Of a stretch of 64,000 bases of DNA, positions 57,017 through 64,000 are shown piece by piece. The DNA is from Eledone cirrhosa (lineage: Eukaryota). The position numbers and the translations under genes were made by a program. The notes below the pieces were generated by a model. It did no database searches and had not been told where the DNA came from. It was given only the letters and a program-made list of their open reading frames with translations. The DNA is taken from the NCBI GenBank assembly GCA_964016885.1, contig OZ024740.1:150722001-150786000 (forward strand), written 5' to 3'. Within the stretch, counting starts at the first letter, position 1; each line of letters begins with the position of its first letter.

Positions 57017-58830
57017 TTCGTTTTTGAATTTGTTTTGCGAGATTTCTTATGTGAAAACGTGTGTTGAAACAGATATTGTTATATTTGGAAGGGTCATGCT
57101 GCCAATAAAAACACACAGACACCTGTTGTTTTTCACTTCAATTTATTATAAATTTCCGGTTTGTTGGTTGGTTCGGTAAGCGGAAGGTTGTTTATATATT
57201 GTCAAAACTGTTTCGTCACACATTTTGTGACCTCCTCAGTGACTAGGTTTTTATTTTGTGTCTCTCCTTTGTTCTGTCCTAGACCATCTTGTTTTTGTGT
57301 GTTGGGTGCTTAGTTTGTGCATGCGTTAACATCCGGGTGTGTGTGTTTTTATTTATTTATTTATGATTTTATTTACTAGTCACTAGTTGATTGTTTGTTC
57401 TATCTGTATGTCTGATTTGTTTTGTTAGTTTGGTTTTTGTGTGTCTGTGTGTCATCAATTGATAGTTGTGATGTTGCTATTGCACTCATGTTTTCTGTCT
57501 AATTTTGATTGGAGTTCGTTTATATTTGTTGCCACTGTGATTTATCTGAGCATAGCATATTTACTGTGTAGATACAATTTTTATCTCTATGTTTTATAAT
57601 GTGCCCCTATGTTCTATTTTGGCATGCTGGTTGAGTACTGATGAGTTTTTCTCATCCTGGAGTCTTGCAAGTGTTCACTTATCCTTTCTCCTCTTTAGAG
57701 AATGGCCTGTACTTGGAATTGTGATGACACTGTTTAATAAGATTCTAATTATCCTTGTTGGTATGTTTGCGGCTGATTGCTGTGTTTTGGGGAAAGACTG
57801 GACCAGCATTAATACAGCAGGGATATTTTTAATGTAGGTTTGGTGTTGGCTTGGATTCCTATTTTAATTTTTATTGGTGCATCGAGTTTCCGGAGGATGA
57901 GTAAAGGAACAATCTTGTTGCAGACATAATCTGTCGCGTTAGAAATGTCAACAGGGTTTAGGATTCCGTGTTACGCATGTGGTTGTTCTTAAGTGTAGTT
58001 TAGATTTAGTAATTGGTGGTGGTGATGTTATTCTATGATATGCATTTAGTGTTGGCTGTTGTTTGTATGAATTGTGCGTCATCTTCCAGGTAGATGTATG
58101 AATTTGCAGTCAGTGTTTGAGCAGAATCTGTCGCGCATTAACCAACGCTATATTTTTGGATTGTATGTTTTGAAATTTTTTCTTGGGGCTGTGAGGTATG
58201 TTTTGGGTTTGAGATGGTTGGGGTGGTAGCAGTAGCAGCACAGGATGACAACAATGATGATAGTTGGTTTTTTGAGGAAGGATGAGATGCAGAGGTGGGG
58301 TACGGCTGCTTCATCACTAATTGGAGAGGTAGTTTTAGCAGTAGATGTTGACAGAGATGTCTTGTCTCTTAGGGTAGTTTGAGAAAATAGTAAATTTGAA
58401 GAGCTGGTGTGTGAAAGATAGTTATTTCTGATCTGGTCATTCATTAGATCTTCCGTTTGGCTTATATTTAGGAGTGGCTTCTGGCGTTGTTGTTGTTGTT
58501 GTTGTTGCTGTGGCTGCTGTTGCTGTTGTTGTTAATGTTGTTTCTGTGGTTGGTGCAATTGATTCTGTTGCTCAACAATATTTGAATAAAAAATGTTCAA
58601 GTTCTTTAAAATACCTGTGAATTAATTTGACACCGCAATATACCTCAGTTTGCCGAGAATCTGTTTCTCTGGGCGTTTTTTATACATGATTTATGGACAA
58701 TGTGGTTCAGACAAGAAGCATTTTCCGTTTGAATAATACAAGATTTCGTTCTTCGACCAATTTTTATTTTTTTTCATTTTGGAGACTTGTTGTGTAGTTA
58801 TCCTGAAAGTATGATTCCTTTATCTTTCCT
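57017..58830 (-). mobile_element. Diverged, internally deleted relative of the 46.6-49.2 kb PLE
   Basis: 57017-57690 aligns by eye with 46632-47320 (3' region, HHR, endonuclease C-terminus). Assignment of the upstream part is tentative. Confidence 0.6.
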
Positions 58831-58851
58831 GTTCTTTACTGCATTATCCCG

Positions 58852-58902
<51 letters not shown>

Positions 58903-59042
58903 TCTATTTCTCTCTCTCTCGCTCACTCTCTCTCACTCTCTCTCTCTCCCTCTCTCTCTCTAACATAACCATACTCTACTACCCCAAGCATCGAGTACTC
59001 TGTTGAGTAATGGTCTAACACTTTCAAACTGAACTCATCCTG

Positions 59043-59081
<39 letters not shown>

Positions 59082-59085
<4 letters not shown>

Positions 59086-59554
59086 TACTTTGGGAGGGTC
59101 ATGTTTCCAATAAGAAACACACGCACCAGTTGCTTTCACTCCAATTTATTATAAATTAAAACATTTTCTTTTTTAATTTTAAAAAAGAAAAAAATTATAA
59201 ATTTCGGTTTGGTTGGTTGGTTCCACAACCGGACGGTTGTTCATATATAGTCAAAGTTCTTTCGTCACACATTGTGTGACCTCTTCAGTGACTGGGGATT
59301 CTTTTCTTTGTTTTGTGCCTTTCCTTTGTTCTGTCCTACGCCATCTTGTTTTTGTGTGTTGTGTGACACAACACACACAAAAACAAGATGGCGTGAATTT
59401 ATAAACTTTTTATTTTTTTATTTTTTATAATAAATTGGAGTGAAAGCATGGTGCGTATGTTTCTTATTGGCAACATGACCCTCCCAAAGTATAACATTAT
59501 CGATTTCAACACACGTTTTCAGATAAAGAATCTTGCTAAACAAATTCAGAAACG

Positions 59555-59558
<4 letters not shown>
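59082..59558. mobile_element. Short fold-back made of the PLE 3' end only
   Basis: Both arms match the 3' region of 46632-46950; turn near 59365; TA flanks. Confidence 0.8.
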
Positions 59559-59595
<37 letters not shown>

Positions 59596-59773
59596 TAATA
59601 GATTAAAGTTTAAGCAAAGAATCGGTGCTTTCACCCTTAACGGGATATTCTGAAACTTTAATCTGTTATTTTAATAAATATTTTGTCTAGGATTCTTATA
59701 TATTTGATATATATTTATCCTTATCGAGCCCACTTTGGATTTTAGTCTTCAAATTTATTATTATTACTATATA

Positions 59774-59838
<65 letters not shown>

Positions 59839-59933
59839 TTTTGAGTATATGTTGGTTGAATACCAACACCTCAGTATGCAGGCTGGAGCACTTGACGAAG
59901 TGCGCAGGTTGGTTTGGTTACTCCTGAGTAATG

Positions 59934-62557
59934 TAAAATAAAGTTAAATAAAAAGTCAAATGTTTAAAATTTAGCTTCGTTTATTACTGCTATATATATT
60001 TCAGTGACAGCCATCTTTGGCTGTGACCTCTTCAGGCAGTCCGAATTAGTTTGGTATAGACAAGTACATATGTTGTTGAGGTGTATAATTTTGTCAATAC
60101 TCTGATATGTCCAGTTCCTGGTTAGGTTGTTATTTCTCTGAGGAACTGGAATCATATGAATTCAAACAAACGAATTTCAGTGTCAAAAGGCCTCTTCTCC
60201 TCTCATTGGTCAGTTGTTAGAACATTCCTCATTCTAAGTGTTGTTATTGTGGGAGTTAGCTTAAACAATTGATAAAGTGGTAGAAGGAACAAGGTGGTAA
60301 AGGAAATAATAGCAAAAAAAGTGTCAAACTTCCCATTGGTCAGTTTTGAGAGCATTCCTCAGTCAGAAGTCTATAGAATTCTTTTTGTGGTGAGGCTCCC
60401 TGTAGTGTTTGTGTTTGCTATTGTTAAGTACATTTGACCTCTACCATTATTTCGGTAGTGTTGTTGGTGTTGTGGTCAGCTTATGTCTTGCTGCTGCTGA
60501 TAATTTAGAAGTATCTGTGTGTGTTTTTTCTTCATCCCTCCTGCCACCATCTCTCATAGTGGTGGTGGTGGTGGTGGGTTAGGGTGGGGTGGGTTCTTCC
60601 ATGTATATGAAGAAATAAAGAATAAAGAATATATGAAAAATTGGTGAAAATGTAATGAAAAGGAATATGGAGAAGTGAAAAATTAAATGAAGATTCAAAT
60701 AAAGTAGGATAAAGTGTGTGTGTGCTATAACCAATCTCAAGGTCAGAAATATGTTGGATAGATTGGTATGAGGATCAAGATGTTAAAATAAGATAATCAA
60801 ACAAAATGTGTTTGTGTTATAATCAATCTCAACTTAAAAATAGATATAAGGTGATACAGTGAAGAGGGCAGAAAACAAATAACAAATTAATAAAGAGAAA
60901 TCAAGATTTAAAATTGGAACTGAAAATCAGAAATCAAGTAAATTAGAATGTGTTTGTGTTATATAGATGTTGGCCAAATTATAATGGCTGTGTCCGACTC
61001 AATCTCTAGGCTATCATGGTGTCTGCTCAGCCTGGGTTGTTCCCTATGGCTTGAGGGGAGTTCACAAACTAGGGTGTTGTTACTGCTCATATAGCTTGAG
61101 GGAGGTCTGGCCGAGAGGTGTTTACATGTTCTGTAGAAGACCCTATAGCTTGAGGGGAGTTCACATCTTCTTGTGTTGCTACTGTCCATATATCTTGAGG
61201 GAGGTCCCGGCTCTAAGGTGTCTGCATGTCCCGAAGAAGTCGATTCTGAGGTTTATCAGGCCGCTTCCACCTCTTAGTATCTCGAGGGTCTCGTTCAGGC
61301 ATAGTTTGCATATGCAAGGTCTCCCTTTATCGGGTGGTACTTTCCTGATTATCTAAGACCAGAGAGTACGGGGTCCTGTCCAGCTTAAGCTTCCAGATCA
61401 GGTCGGAGAGAGCCGTGCTCTTCCTTTTGGCCTCCTTATTGAATGAATGGCGATGGTTGTACCAGCGGTCTTTAAAGCTCGTTGATGTGGCTCCTATGTA
61501 GAGGTGTTCGGAGTTGGGGTTTTAACCCTACAACCGTATACTATGTTCTTCTTGAGGCATTCATTACCAAAGGGGCATGATTCGGGGTTTCTATAGTTGC
61601 AAATTATAATTTGGCCAACATCTATATAACACAAACACATTTTGTTTGATTATCTTATTTTAACATCTTGTTCCTCATACCAATCTATCCAACATATTTC
61701 TGACCTTGAGATTGGTTATAGCACACACACACTTTATACTACTTTATTTGAATCTTCATTTAATTTTTCACTTCTCCATATTCATTTTAATAACTTTTTC
61801 ACCAATTTTTCATGTATTCTTTATTCTTTATTCCCTATTTATTATTTATTTTCTGTTTTCTTCATTTATTGCCTTATATTTCTTCATATACATGGAAGAA
61901 CCCACCCCCACCCTCACCCACCACCACCACCACCACCACTATGAGAGATGGTGACAGGAGGGATGAAGAAAAAACACACACAGATACTTCTAAATTATCA
62001 GCAGCAGCAAGACATAAGCTGACCACAACACCAACAACACTACCGAAATAATGGTAGAGGTCAAATGTACTTAACAATAGCAAACACAAACACTACAGGG
62101 AGCCTCACCACAAAAAGAATTCTATAGACTTCTGACTGAGGAATGCTCTCAAAACTGACCAATGGGAAGTTTGACACTTTTTTTGCTATTATTTCCTTTA
62201 CCACCTTGTTCCTTCTACCACTTTATCAATTTTTTAAGCTAACTCCCACAATAACAACACTTAGAATGAGGAATGTTCTAACAACTGACCAATGAGAGGA
62301 GAAGAGGCCCTTTGACACTGAAATTCGTTTGTTTGAATTCATATGATTCCAGTTCCTCAGAGAAATAACAACCTAACCAGGAACTGGACATATCAGAGTA
62401 TTGACAAAATTATACACCTCAACAACATATGTACTTGTCTATACCATACTAATTCGGACTGCCTGAAGAGGTCACAGCCAAAGATGGCTGTCACTGAAAT
62501 ATATATAACAGTAATAAACGAAGGTAAATTTTAAACATTTGACTTTTTATTTAACTT

Positions 62558-62565
<8 letters not shown>
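59934..62565. mobile_element. Naiad-type PLE 3' end as a divergent inverted pair: - arm 59934-61601, + arm 61602-62565
   Basis: The minus strand at about 61210-61600 reads CNYRNPESCPFGNECLKKNIVY / LYIGATSTSFKDRWYNHRHSF...STALSDLIWKLK / INLRIDFFGTCRH. About 950-bp inverted arms. Confidence 0.85.
59986..60040 (-). ncRNA. Naiad-associated type I HHR (mirror on + at 62458-62512)
   Basis: actgc-CTGAAGA-ggtcacagcca-aaga-tggctgtcact-GAAA-tatata-TA-gcagt. Confidence 0.82.
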
Positions 62566-62626
<61 letters not shown>

Positions 62627-64000
62627 CATACATACATACACATATATATGGTGGCTGCCAAATCGTTTTCGAGTACGGCCACCACTTTATATCCAAGTAG
62701 GAGAACCCCTACCGTTGCGCTGAACGAGTGTGACTTTTTAGTCCAGCCAGCGACTTGAAAACTCTGGTACAAACACTACACTTGTGACAATTATTGACAC
62801 ATAGTGCTGGGCCCTTGGTACCATGTGATGACAAGTGCAGAGAGATCTCAAGATACAAAGAGATGCCTGTGCCGTGAAGCTTTTATAGTGAGCAAAGGCA
62901 CTGCACAAAGCCAGTCCCAGTCTCTTAACCAAGATGATATTTACCAAAAAGAAGAACAAGTCAACATCATTGGATACCATCAGGGTTGAAGGTGTTATAT
63001 CAGAGTTTTCTTTCTCCTAGAATTCTGCCTTGACAAAGGCTAAGGGGTCATCTCTCCCGGTGATTTTGGCTAGCCATTGACTTTTAAGAGCTCCTTTGCC
63101 CTTTGACAGGTTTTGGTTTTAGTCCTGCAGGATGTCCAAAGTCACCCTCCTCACCAAGAAAGCTTGGTGGGGTTGCCAGTTTAGTCGCCAACGACCCGAC
63201 CATGGGACAGGTTGTACTGGGATACATGTTACCAGTAGCACCAACTGGTGACGTGACACATATATATATATACATACATACATACATACATACACATATA
63301 TATATATATATATATATATAAATCCGAATGAGTTTATTCTCACAGACACAAAGACACATACGCACAAACACACACGCACGCACGTATTTTCAATGGAGGG
63401 GATTGCATTCAATGCGAGTGAGTGCATTTCCTTAAATCTATATAAATCCTTAGCTATTTGTATTGTCGATCCCTTAAGAATTAGCAGTAAAGACCATTCC
63501 TGGAGAGTTGAATTCTGAGCGTAAAAGGAATATGCAACTAAACTGAAATTATCTGACACCGGATGCTTTTTTTTGCCACAGTTCTTTGATAATACTATAT
63601 ATAAACATTTATGTAATATACAGAGTTCTCTCCCCATTCCCTGCGCTCAAAGACACATATAAACAATTTCCCACCGTACTCATTCTCAATGATGAATCAA
63701 ATTTGTACGTGATCGATAATCGTAAGAGGTAGAAGGAAAAAATAGTTATCGGAAACGACAGCAGTATATTACTAAGGTTTATTTGATTAATAAAAGAGGA
63801 AAAGAATCGTGAAATTGATTTTGGAGATGAGGTAATGGGCGAATATTTTCTTCCTGGAACGGACGGACGGACGGGCAAAACTAAATGCTGTTATGTTATT
63901 CATCTAGCACGGCATTTTTCTAAGATTAATAGGATAATAAGAAAAACAGACAAGGAAAGAAACTAGTTATATATATATATATATAACGAAGTAAATGTGG

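Overview
AT-rich, microsatellite-dense eukaryotic DNA with no recognisable host gene. The SINE motifs and the (TA)n/(CA)n/(TACA)n density look cephalopod (Octopus-like); this is an inference. Conventional content: one apparently full-length Tx1/L1-clade LINE with a 25-bp TSD (34396-40215) and two truncated relatives, four truncated Penelope-like elements (PLEs, three with a Naiad-type CxCx5C linker), an internally deleted mariner, and several SINEs. The main signal is about 15 different sequence families that each carry a type I hammerhead ribozyme (HHR) motif, some with a compensatory U3-A8 core. Most sit in (TA)n tracts as divergent inverted pairs (<- ->), with the ribozyme-sense 3' ends facing the flanking microsatellite. 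Two are near-identical tandem arrays of 591-bp and 469-bp HHR monomers that flip orientation once, as expected for retrozymes copied from a circular or multimeric RNA. Three of the four PLEs show the same geometry and two carry HHRs. I infer a PLE-driven, (TA)n-targeted, two-ended insertion system used by many non-coding ribozyme RNAs. All folds were read by eye and none was computed.
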